38,435 nucleotides of DNA, from the IMG/VR virus record IMGVR_UViG_3300036796_000104, positions 1-38,435 of that record. One strand, 5' to 3'. The notes under the pieces are model-generated. The model had not been told where the DNA came from, did not search any database, and saw only the letters and a list, made by a program, of their open reading frames with translations. This DNA comes from a virus (taxonomy: Duplodnaviria > Caudoviricetes). Each line of letters begins with the position of its first letter. The first letter of the stretch is position 1. Made by a program: the position numbers and the translations under genes. Below are positions 27,073-35,603 of the stretch, in pieces.

Positions 27073-29463
27073 TTAGCACCACTGTCGCCATTTATCATCT
27101 TCCTGCAGCCTTTCGTTCCGGTAAAAAATACGCATGCCTGCACCTGACGGGATGCTACCTCCACGAAGAAGCAGATCGACCTCATTCTCCGAGCCTTCAA
27201 AGCCTCTGGATACCAGTTCTGACTCAAGCTGCAGCCTCTGGTGATCAGTTATTTCCTGTTTGTATCCTTTACGCTTCTTTGGTTTGACCAGGCGCAACCG
27301 TGTAGTTAGCGCCTGTAGTTCCTTTTTGCTCATATTTTCAAAATCCGGCAGTGGTGTGGCTTCATCACTGCCGGGTAATTCACCCACTGATATGTTCAAA
27401 TTTTCTACAGGGGGACAGTTATTGCCACGAGTCCAAGGGGCGCTAGCGCCCTGGTCGGCTGTCGCCTCCTGAACATCAACGGCCTTACGAACCTTTTTCC
27501 ACTTCACCGCGTGCGTGCAGATGCGGGCCTGCGTTAACGGGGACCAGACACCATAAATACGAATACCGTGATCGCCATAGGTACTCGGCTCGTCATTAAG
27601 CTCGTATGCCGTTCTGATAAGGTGATGCTTGCGAGGAACCAGCACGCCACCCTGCTTCGTGATATAGGTGGCGAAGCAGCCCGCATCAGCAGCGGCCAGT
27701 ACTGCATCAAGACGTGCATCAGCCAGCACCTGCGCACCTGCGCTTTTATCACTCCGCTGCCTTGATGCCTGGCCTGCTAATAAACGCAGTTCGCGATATG
27801 CCTGACGACCTGGAATACCAAAGAAGCGGAACTGTTGGACACGATGTAATGATGCCCAGGCACTGACATACTCGGCACTATCTCGCAGCGTTCTACCGGT
27901 TTCCTTGCTGATTTCTTTTGCCAGCCCGCGCCCGTCGATGTTTTTGCTGATGTATTTGGCGATATAGCTTGTTGGTGTCCCTTTACGCGGGTTGATCAGT
28001 TCAGACTTGAAGCGCGGCCCGGTATTTTTTCCCAGCTCTTCGCGGTTTTCACGGATAGCAAATTTACGCAACAACGCGGTGATGGATCGGCGGTCTTTTT
28101 TGCGCATGAAGCACAGCAGGTGCCAGTGTACAGTGCCATCATGGTGGGGCTCTGCAACACGGACGCCATACCAGCGCAGTCCGGCTTTATGCATTGCCTT
28201 GCGGAAAGCAGAGAACGTATCAACTAGGTAGTCACTGCTCTGGCGGACGGTTTCACTGTTCCACTTTGGGTTGGGCCTACCGTTGCTGAGGGTTGCGTGG
28301 AAACGTGATGGGCAAGTGATGGTATAAAACACAGCGCAGTCACCGCGCATTTCCGCGATTAGCTCCAGCCCCTTAACACAGGCCATCATTTCATTACGAC
28401 GGTGTGCCGGGTTGCTGCTGCTGGCGTTCACTACTTCTTCCATATCCAGCGTGTCACCGTCCTCATTGATAAGCTCATGTGAACGGAAAAAATCCAGCGA
28501 CTTGCGGCGCTGCTCACGCTTATGGATCACAGCTTCATAGCTGACATAGGGCGATGCTTTCTTGTTAACCAGGCAAACGGCGCGCAATTGTTCTTCTCGC
28601 CATTCGCAGCGCATCTGCCACAGCTTGCGATACCACCAGTCTGCGCAAAGCATACGCGCCAACGAACCCGGTATAAGATCATAGGGAACAGGTTTGCGGC
28701 GGCGATTTTTGCGGCGGAGCTGCTCGAATGCGGGCGGTATCACATCTAACCGTATTGCCTCTGCTGCGACCCTTTCCCATGACTGACGAATTTCTTCCGG
28801 CTTAACGTCATCCGTAACAAACAGGTCACTGCAGGCTTCATCCAGACACATGCTCATATGTGCCGCTACCATCGTCGATAATTGTTTAACCTGATTCTGG
28901 TTCATTTCAGGCATAACCAGCAGCCCGTCAAGACCGTCATGGCTTGCCATGAAACGCAAAGAAGCAGAAACCTGACTGTCGCGCACATGTGTCAGCCTTT
29001 CTAGGCAAGGCCTGATCGTTTCGTGCAGATAGCGGGTATAAGCTTTTGGTCTTCCCAAGCTATGGAAGTATTTAATACGTTCAAGAAGCGGGTTGCTTAT
29101 GTGCGATGGCTGAGCGCTGACATCTGCAATAATCAACAGATCGGGATTAAAGCGCTGCTGCTCGCGTGCCATTTTGGCGCGGCTTATTAATTTGTCCTGC
29201 TCCATTTCACGATGGATAGGATCACGGGATTCATTGTAGAAATAACGGTCCCAGGCCTCATCATTCAGCGCTTCAAGCCGCAGCTGTTCCTGCTCGTTAT
29301 CCGCAGCGTAAAGAGTGATCAGGTTTGAAAGCGCGGACTCCGGTGCTACTTCCGCCGGGTCCAGGTATGGGTTGATGGCTTTCTTCGGTTTATTCCATGA
29401 AAGGGTTACGGCGGCCTCATTTGAGCCGCCGAAGTTAGTATTTGCCGTTGTGAAAAATTTCAC
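27073..29463 (-). CDS. A: Rolling-circle replication initiator gpA
   Basis: [20 protein letters not shown] (HUH), [12 protein letters not shown] (two catalytic Tyr); GTG start with GGAG SD. Confidence 0.96.
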   Translation of the reverse strand: MKFFTTANTNFGGSNEAAVTLSWNKPKKAINPYLDPAEVAPESALSNLITLYAADNEQEQLRLEALNDEAWDRYFYNESRDPIHREMEQDKLISRAKMAREQQRFNPDLLIIADVSAQPSHISNPLLERIKYFHSLGRPKAYTRYLHETIRPCLERLTHVRDSQVSASLRFMASHDGLDGLLVMPEMNQNQVKQLSTMVAAHMSMCLDEACSDLFVTDDVKPEEIRQSWERVAAEAIRLDVIPPAFEQLRRKNRRRKPVPYDLIPGSLARMLCADWWYRKLWQMRCEWREEQLRAVCLVNKKASPYVSYEAVIHKREQRRKSLDFFRSHELINEDGDTLDMEEVVNASSSNPAHRRNEMMACVKGLELIAEMRGDCAVFYTITCPSRFHATLSNGRPNPKWNSETVRQSSDYLVDTFSAFRKAMHKAGLRWYGVRVAEPHHDGTVHWHLLCFMRKKDRRSITALLRKFAIRENREELGKNTGPRFKSELINPRKGTPTSYIAKYISKNIDGRGLAKEISKETGRTLRDSAEYVSAWASLHRVQQFRFFGIPGRQAYRELRLLAGQASRQRSDKSAGAQVLADARLDAVLAAADAGCFATYITKQGGVLVPRKHHLIRTAYELNDEPSTYGDHGIRIYGVWSPLTQARICTHAVKWKKVRKAVDVQEATADQGASAPWTRGNNCPPVENLNISVGELPGSDEATPLPDFENMSKKELQALTTRLRLVKPKKRKGYKQEITDHQRLQLESELVSRGFEGSENEVDLLLRGGSIPSGAGMRIFYRNERLQEDDKWRQWC
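27415..27443 (-). other. Candidate replication origin within A
   Basis: GCGCCCCTTGGACTCGTGGCAATAACTGT resembles the P2 ori (GCGCCTCGGAGTCCTGTCAATAACTGT, from memory) in the distal part of A. Confidence 0.55.
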
Positions 29464-29488
29464 TGCATGACTCCATTACCGCAGGCAA

Positions 29489-29719
29489 TCACAGTGCGCC
29501 TCCGCAGTAATGTTTCCCTTTCAGCTCTGCAATTTCCTGACAGACAATGCAGTGCGTGACACCTGGCACCACTGCGCGACGTGCTTCAGGAATAGCAGCG
29601 TCACATTCTTCGCAAAAGAAAGCGCTGGCGGCACGCTGAGGCAGTAGGCGAGCCTGTTTAATATTACGCGCCAGTTCCTCATCCACACGCTGTTGTACTA
29701 AATCCATTGCGTCGGCCAT
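29489..29719 (-). CDS. TraR/DksA C4 zinc-finger protein (P2 Orf82-like)
   Basis: MADAMDLVQQR...CEECDAAIPEARR..VPGVTHCIVCQ. Confidence 0.93.
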   Translation of the reverse strand: MADAMDLVQQRVDEELARNIKQARLLPQRAASAFFCEECDAAIPEARRAVVPGVTHCIVCQEIAELKGKHYCGGAL

Positions 29720-29949
29720 TAGTACAGCTCCATTGCTTGATGGCGATATGTCTCGCTTTCCTGAAAAAGCAAATCCAGCACTTCATTTATCTCAAGCTTA
29801 TTGGCTCTAATGTGGTTCGCTAAATTCAGAATTCGAGAGGCCATTACCTCAGCTCTGGCGCGCCGCTCCTCACTTTTTGCGTCTGCGAGTAGCTGCTTAA
29901 GCTTGGATACTTCATTATTTCTTGCGTTACTGCTTTCGGTTTTACGCAT
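29719..29949 (-). CDS. Conserved P2-like early protein (DUF2732-like)
   Basis: LLADAKSEERRARA...LA.HI....L...E...LL.QESE pattern; synteny. Confidence 0.78.
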   Translation of the reverse strand: MRKTESSNARNNEVSKLKQLLADAKSEERRARAEVMASRILNLANHIRANKLEINEVLDLLFQESETYRHQAMELY

Positions 29950-30019
29950 ATCTCTTTCTCCTAAATTTGGGCAAAAGAATGCCCGGCGGGTTTACGCCTG
30001 ATTTTTGGGAATGGATTAA

Positions 30020-30403
30020 TTACTCAATTAAATAACAGTCGTACTTTGAAAATCGCGCCGGGAGCAGAGTTCCCCAACGGGTAATTTCATTCATTGAACG
30101 GATAATGAGTGCGCGGCGTGCTTGTTCGAAATATTCAAATGGTTTGCCGATTTCATCAGGTTTAAATGATGACGGTTCCAGGCGGTTAGCCAGAGTCAGA
30201 ACAACGAATTTAAAGTTGTTGTCGAGCTTATTAAAATTTCGCAGTGCCTTGTTGTTGGTGGCTTTTAATTGCTTATGGAAACGAGCAAAACATTCGTCAC
30301 CAGTCATCTTTAATGGGCCATCAATACGGGCATGAATTAAGTACACATTGTTAAACGTCGCTTGCGGTGCCTTTACGGAATCAGCCAGAGCAGCACTTTT
30401 CAT
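30020..30403 (-). CDS. Phage early protein (position of 186 dhr)
   Basis: ATGA overlap with the upstream fil-like gene; function not recognisable. Confidence 0.65.
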   Translation of the reverse strand: MKSAALADSVKAPQATFNNVYLIHARIDGPLKMTGDECFARFHKQLKATNNKALRNFNKLDNNFKFVVLTLANRLEPSSFKPDEIGKPFEYFEQARRALIIRSMNEITRWGTLLPARFSKYDCYLIE

Positions 30404-30597
30404 TTTGTCCTCCAGCGCTTAATCATCCTGGTAACGAGTGATGGCTTGTGAGTACGCAGTCCATTTAACAATGCAGACTGGTCGCGGCTAGGGTGCCAGC
30501 GGTGATTATTCTCACCCATAACCCAGCCATGGCCGTAACTCATCGACGGGCTTTGGTGTTTCAGTAATGAAGCGAATGAAGGTTCCATTTTCATCAC
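30400..30597 (-). CDS. Fil-like protein (DUF2724)
   Basis: EPSFASLLKHQSPSMSYGHGWVMG...RWHP; follows cII as in 186. Confidence 0.85.
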   Translation of the reverse strand: MMKMEPSFASLLKHQSPSMSYGHGWVMGENNHRWHPSRDQSALLNGLRTHKPSLVTRMIKRWRTK

Positions 30598-30598
30598 C

Positions 30599-31108
30599 TC
30601 AAATCAGGCCAAACGAAGCACTTAAGCCACTGACCGTATCAACCACGCTATTCATGGCTGGATTGGTCTGTAGACGCGCATGCATCGTAAGGGCGGCGAG
30701 AGACAAATACCGAATACCCGAATTGACGCTCTCAACCATCGAGTGCTTGCGGCTAGCGGTTAGCTTTTCTTCGGATACTGCTGCCGCAGCAACTTGACCA
30801 ATTTCGGCAGTTGCTTTGAGCGCGTATAACTGGAGTTTGTCATCGGCTAATTCGTTAACCGGAACACATGGCAGGCAATGTAATTGCGCCAGAAATCCAT
30901 CAACTAGCGATGGGTCTTCGGTCACGTCAGTGAGAGCAATCAGCTCAGGAATATTCAATTGATGCGGCTGCTCTGGATTGAGCTTGTTGCGCAGCACTTG
31001 AGGGCGCATACCGAGTTTTTCCGCCAGTTCAGCCAGATTGTGCTTTGTGGCGAAATTACGACAGGCATCTTCATAGTGGGGCTGTTTAGAAACTTGATAA
31101 TCAAACAT
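30599..31108 (-). CDS. cII: 186-type CII activator
   Basis: MFDYQVSKQPHYEDACRNFA...LRNKLNPEQPHQL...PCVPVNE. Confidence 0.95.
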   Translation of the reverse strand: MFDYQVSKQPHYEDACRNFATKHNLAELAEKLGMRPQVLRNKLNPEQPHQLNIPELIALTDVTEDPSLVDGFLAQLHCLPCVPVNELADDKLQLYALKATAEIGQVAAAAVSEEKLTASRKHSMVESVNSGIRYLSLAALTMHARLQTNPAMNSVVDTVSGLSASFGLI

Positions 31109-31135
31109 GGTTGCCCATCCTTAAACTTGCATAAT
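31082..31135 (+). promoter_or_regulatory. pE-like establishment promoter with CII binding site
   Basis: Inverted half sites CTGTTTA-N13-CAAACAT over the cII start, and CATAAT -10 at 31130-31135 facing cI, as in 186 pE. Confidence 0.6.
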
Positions 31136-31139
31136 CAAG

Positions 31140-31541
31140 TTATCGTTTGATGTAGCGACAATTAACCGCATGCTGGCGATTCTTTTCACGCCATGCAGCA
31201 ACGTTAATCAATGCGTTACCATGTTTTTCCATCACATCTTTACGTGATTTACCGGTCTCTTTGCAGGTAATGGTTCTTGTGACAGTAGAGGTCGGGGTTG
31301 GTGCGAGAAGCACTACGCCATTTGCAATCCATTTTTCCAGCACAGAGCTACTGATACCGTTGGCAGCACAGAAGTTTTCTTTCGACATGGTAGGAGAGTT
31401 GGCCAGTGCAGCAGCTTTTTCCAATGCCTGATCAAGAGCTGTATTGATGGCCGGAACCAACTGAGCAGCGATGCTTGCAATGAAGTCAGGGGAGGCCAGC
31501 ATCTGAGATGTGGGCTGAGAGTTTGCATTTTCAGTATGCAT
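31140..31541 (-). CDS. Apl/Cox-like regulator and excisionase
   Basis: First early gene divergent from cI; MSKENFCAANGIS..VLEKWIANG...ALINVAAW winged-helix pattern. Confidence 0.78.
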   Translation of the reverse strand: MHTENANSQPTSQMLASPDFIASIAAQLVPAINTALDQALEKAAALANSPTMSKENFCAANGISSSVLEKWIANGVVLLAPTPTSTVTRTITCKETGKSRKDVMEKHGNALINVAAWREKNRQHAVNCRYIKR

Positions 31542-31657
31542 AACGCAGTATCTCCGTATTAATGGTTGTGTTCTATGGTGTTACATGTGGTGTGTAATTA
31601 CTTTAGATCCGTTTTTCTTATCTGTAAATATAAAAAACAAATCTCGGTGATTTTTCT

Positions 31658-32503
31658 ATGCGAATTGAGAACGCAAATGCATCTGATGTGCTGGAGCGAA
31701 TCTTGTCTGCTTATGGGTTCACAATGCAGAAAGAGCTGGCTGAGCGCCTTGAGATTGCTAAGAGTAATGTGGCTGGCTGGCTTCAAAGAGGGCAGGTTCC
31801 AGGGAACGTAATTGTGCAATGTGCCTTGGATACTGGTGCTGATGTTAAATGGATTGTGACTGGTGAGCTTGCAAAAGCAAAATATGATGGCGATTTAACA
31901 TTGATGAAAGGAAAGGCTCTCTACGATGAGATCATCTCTAACGGTGGTAAACTGGTATTACGCCGCATAATGGACGCCTATGGATTTACGCTGCAAAAGC
32001 AGTTATGCGATCTTCTAGATATATCATCCGGTACCGTAAGTACATGGGTTCGTCGAGGCTATTTCCCCGGAGATGTGGTTGTTACATGTGCCTTAGATAC
32101 CAATGTATCATTGTCATGGTTAGCAACTGGAAGAGGAGGGCCCAATGCCAAAACTAGTGAAAGTAAAGATTCTAAAGCTTTAATTCCCAAAAAACTTCTA
32201 TCAGAAGGTTCACTGTTAGATTGCGGATACTGGAATGTCGATCTTGAGATTATAAAGACGAATATTAATTCACCTATTTTCGTATTTGATTGTATTGAAT
32301 CATGGGTTGTAGATATTGGTGTAACTGATGTTAGTAATGGTCGTTGGTTATTAAGCGTTGATGGTAAAATTGACGTCTATAATGTTTCAATTCTTCCAGG
32401 GAAAAATCTAAACGTTAAACGGAAGGGGTCTGATTTCACATGCGGAATTGACGAGATATTACCGTTGGGAAAAGTAAAATTAACATTAAATTACGAATCA
32501 TAA
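31658..32503 (+). CDS. cI: 186-type CI repressor with two tandem N-terminal HTH domains
   Basis: VLxRIxxAYGFTxQKxL...PGxVxVxCALDTxxxxxWxxTG occurs twice, followed by a 186-like C-terminal domain (SNGRWLLSVDG). Confidence 0.92.
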   Translation: MRIENANASDVLERILSAYGFTMQKELAERLEIAKSNVAGWLQRGQVPGNVIVQCALDTGADVKWIVTGELAKAKYDGDLTLMKGKALYDEIISNGGKLVLRRIMDAYGFTLQKQLCDLLDISSGTVSTWVRRGYFPGDVVVTCALDTNVSLSWLATGRGGPNAKTSESKDSKALIPKKLLSEGSLLDCGYWNVDLEIIKTNINSPIFVFDCIESWVVDIGVTDVSNGRWLLSVDGKIDVYNVSILPGKNLNVKRKGSDFTCGIDEILPLGKVKLTLNYES

Positions 32504-32536
32504 TTTATTATCTCTTAAGTAACAGAAGGAAATGTT

Positions 32537-35161
32537 ATGCCTGGTTTAGAGTTTATTCCCTTATGGCAGTCTTCGTTAGGTAAAATGATTGAAAGAGATC
32601 CAGATGAACAGCATCGAGAATTTTTTAGACAAAACCTTGAAACGTTCAGGAGTAAAGCTGCAATTCTCAGTGCTGAAATTTCAAGGAGTTTGCCTGATTA
32701 TACCGTTCATGACATTACTCACATAGATGCATTATGGGAAATGGCATCTCTAATTTGTGGTGATGAATATAAACTTAATCCAGCCGAGGCATTTGTATTA
32801 GGCGGTGCGTTCTTACTACATGATTTAGGTATGGGATTAGCTGCTTATCCTGAAGGAGTTTCTAGCCTTAGAAATACAGTGTTATGGGAAGATACTTTTA
32901 ACTATCTTTCAAAAAAGAGTACAAAAAAAACTGATGAAATAGAAAAGGATACTTTGGAAATAGTTTTACGTTCATTACATGCTAGATATGCCGAAAAGCT
33001 TGCGTTTGTATCTTGGGGTGATAACGATAAAGAGTATCTGCTAGATAATCAAAGTCTACGGGACGATTATGGTGCAATTATTGGTAAAATTGCTCATAGC
33101 CATTGGTGGGATTCTAGCGAACTGTCAAAGCAATTTGAAAGCAAACTGGGGGCTATTGGCGGAATGCCGAATGATTGGGATGTGGATCCATTAAAACTGG
33201 CTTGTATAATGCGGGTCGCAGATGCATCACATATTGACAGCCGAAGAGCACCATCATTCCTAAAGAAAATTAGAAATCTTAATAGTTATTCTGCTAGTCA
33301 CTGGACATTTCAGCAAAAATTATTTCAACCTCGTCTAGAACGAGAACGTTTAGGGTATACGTCGAAATCTTCGTTCACAATTGAGGAAGCTGCAAGTTGG
33401 TGGCTTTGTTACGACACACTCAAAATGATCGATGAAGAGTTATATGCAGTCGATACCATATTACATTCCTCAGGGCGTCAGCGATTTAAAGCCAAGGGGG
33501 TAGCGGCGGTAGATAATTTTGATTCAATTTCAAGAATTATTAAAACCGAAGGTTGGGAACCTGTTGACACAAGGGTACATGTCGGAAATATATCTAAACT
33601 AGTTAAAAATTTGGGTGGGGCGCAACTATATGGAGAAAATTATTTCGTTCCTTTGAGAGAGCTTATACAGAACGGTTGTGATGCTATTCGTGCAAGACGA
33701 GCACTTGAAGGTGAAGGGGATGATTATGGTAAATTAATAATTAGATTAAGTAGTGATGATACTGGTAAGTTTATTGAAGTCGAAGATGATGGAGTTGGGA
33801 TGTCACGTCGAGTCCTTTGTGGTCCATTTTTAGATTTTGGTAATTCATTCTGGGGTTCTTTATTAATGCATGAGGAACTTCCTGGACTAGAAAGTAAAGG
33901 GTATCAATCTACTGGTAAATTTGGAATCGGCTTTTTTTCGGTATTTATGCTTGGTAGCCGCGTTCAAGTTACTACCAGGCGTTTTGAAGAAGCAAGGCAA
34001 AATACTCAGGTTCTTAATTTTGAAAATGATATAATAGATCGTCCTTTATTAAGGAATGCCTTAGAACACGAGTATATACGCAATGGCGGGACGCGAATTA
34101 GAATTTATCTGGATAAAGAGGATGTAATTGACCGGTTGTTTACAACAATAAATGGTCCTGATGTTAAAAATCTTGGTGATTTAATAAGTCATCAGTTCCC
34201 AGCATCCGATGTTACAGTTTATATTGAAGATGATCTACATTCCTATAAAGGTAAAGTCATTGAGGCTAATGATTGGCTGAGTATTACTGGTGTTGATTTC
34301 ATTCGGCGGTTTTTATCCGTCGAGAAAGATCTAAAGGACGAAAATGCGAATGAAACGATGGAGAGATTGGTTCATTTTTCCAAAAACTTATGCAATATAG
34401 TAAATGAAGATGGCAGTATTGTTGGTAGGGGTTTTTTGGCACCTGAAAATTCACATATTCGATCGCAGCATTTTTCAAGAGGCGCAGTTACGGTAGGGGG
34501 AATGCGTACTACTGATTTACATGGTGTGGTCGGATTCTTGAAAGGTGATACCGGGAAAGCATCACGAGATTTGGCTATGCCAATTATTTCGAAATCTGCA
34601 TTCAAGGGATGGATTAAAAGTCAAGCTGAATTATCAGCTATAGATCCTTTGAGTAGAGATGGTGTCATATTATCAAGTATGTTGAGAAGCACGGACAATA
34701 ATTTACAAGAAATTTCAGTAGGTCGTTCCCGAAATAGTTATTTGAATGAAGAAGCTATTGGTGAAAAATATTTTAGTCAATTTGATGAAGTGTTGATTGT
34801 AACGTCGTATAGGACGAGCGGAATAGATAATGGGCTCTCGAATATTGTTGAATACTTTGAGAATGTACTCTTTGTCTCAAGTGGAATGTTCTCATTTGTA
34901 GATAGTTTTATGGATCCTGAAAACTACATGTGGCCACTTTCTACTTGTGACGATGTTTATGAAAAATACACAGCTCTTGGGCAGATTATGAGAGTGGCAG
35001 GAAGAGTATGGGGCTTTGATGTAACGGATGACTTATACCAAAAAATTACTGAAGATAGTTTCAAAGAAACAAAGGTTTTGGGGAAAATGAATGGCTGTGA
35101 TTATCATGGTAAAGTGGTTTGCCTGAAGAAATCATTTTTTACTGCTTTAGAGGAAAACTAG
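32537..35161 (+). CDS. HD-domain phosphohydrolase fused to HSP90-like (GHKL) ATPase; candidate anti-phage/conflict effector
   Basis: YTVHDITH, LLHDLGM, RSLH, IAHSH, RVADASH; then LYG...LRELIQNGCDA, EDDGVGM, GKFGIGFFSVFM; AT-rich. Confidence 0.88.
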   Translation: MPGLEFIPLWQSSLGKMIERDPDEQHREFFRQNLETFRSKAAILSAEISRSLPDYTVHDITHIDALWEMASLICGDEYKLNPAEAFVLGGAFLLHDLGMGLAAYPEGVSSLRNTVLWEDTFNYLSKKSTKKTDEIEKDTLEIVLRSLHARYAEKLAFVSWGDNDKEYLLDNQSLRDDYGAIIGKIAHSHWWDSSELSKQFESKLGAIGGMPNDWDVDPLKLACIMRVADASHIDSRRAPSFLKKIRNLNSYSASHWTFQQKLFQPRLERERLGYTSKSSFTIEEAASWWLCYDTLKMIDEELYAVDTILHSSGRQRFKAKGVAAVDNFDSISRIIKTEGWEPVDTRVHVGNISKLVKNLGGAQLYGENYFVPLRELIQNGCDAIRARRALEGEGDDYGKLIIRLSSDDTGKFIEVEDDGVGMSRRVLCGPFLDFGNSFWGSLLMHEELPGLESKGYQSTGKFGIGFFSVFMLGSRVQVTTRRFEEARQNTQVLNFENDIIDRPLLRNALEHEYIRNGGTRIRIYLDKEDVIDRLFTTINGPDVKNLGDLISHQFPASDVTVYIEDDLHSYKGKVIEANDWLSITGVDFIRRFLSVEKDLKDENANETMERLVHFSKNLCNIVNEDGSIVGRGFLAPENSHIRSQHFSRGAVTVGGMRTTDLHGVVGFLKGDTGKASRDLAMPIISKSAFKGWIKSQAELSAIDPLSRDGVILSSMLRSTDNNLQEISVGRSRNSYLNEEAIGEKYFSQFDEVLIVTSYRTSGIDNGLSNIVEYFENVLFVSSGMFSFVDSFMDPENYMWPLSTCDDVYEKYTALGQIMRVAGRVWGFDVTDDLYQKITEDSFKETKVLGKMNGCDYHGKVVCLKKSFFTALEEN

Positions 35162-35269
35162 CGTTTAATCTGATTGCTTAAACGATGAGGTGATTCTAAA
35201 TGAAATACCTCATCATCGACCATTTGAAATGCAAAAAATGCGGTAGACACAAAATCGACAGAGTTTGTC

Positions 35270-35282
35270 TAACTTGTTGATT
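35270..35282 (-). promoter_or_regulatory. IHF binding site in the att arm
   Basis: Reverse complement AATCAACAAGTTA fits WATCAANNNNTTR, 16 bp from the core. Confidence 0.7.
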
Positions 35283-35298
35283 TTAATGTATTTTAAAA

Positions 35299-35321
35299 GT
35301 ATTCGGTCTTTTTTTATCTGC
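35299..35321 (+). repeat. att core, right copy
   Basis: Identical to 753-775. Confidence 0.95.
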
Positions 35322-35603
35322 GTTTTAATACAATCACTTAGCTGTTCTCGTATCAATACCGCCTGTAAAAATTCCGAATTTCCGTATTCGGTTTACCTGG
35401 CGAAAATCAACAGACACTTAACAACATAAACTGCTTTTTCCTCGAATCCAAATACTTTTCGGTCATTTCTTCTTGGTGGTAGCAGGAAAAATCAAATCTA
35501 AAAATTCCAGAAATAGACAATTACTTCTCGTTTTCTGGCTTTAAAAAGCGATTAACATCTTGAGTTGGCTTAAAAAGCATTGTTGGGTGCTGTGGCTCCT
35601 GGA

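Larger units (their letters stand above)
753..35321. mobile_element. P2/186-like prophage, apparently complete (34,546 bp core to core)
   Basis: Exact 23-bp direct repeats flank int, full structural, lysis and replication modules, cos and an immunity switch; no obviously disrupted essential gene. Confidence 0.96.

Noticed and set aside
31904-32503. Internal ATG that would give a normal single-domain CI
   Set aside because: No SD or properly spaced promoter upstream; unsupported from sequence alone.
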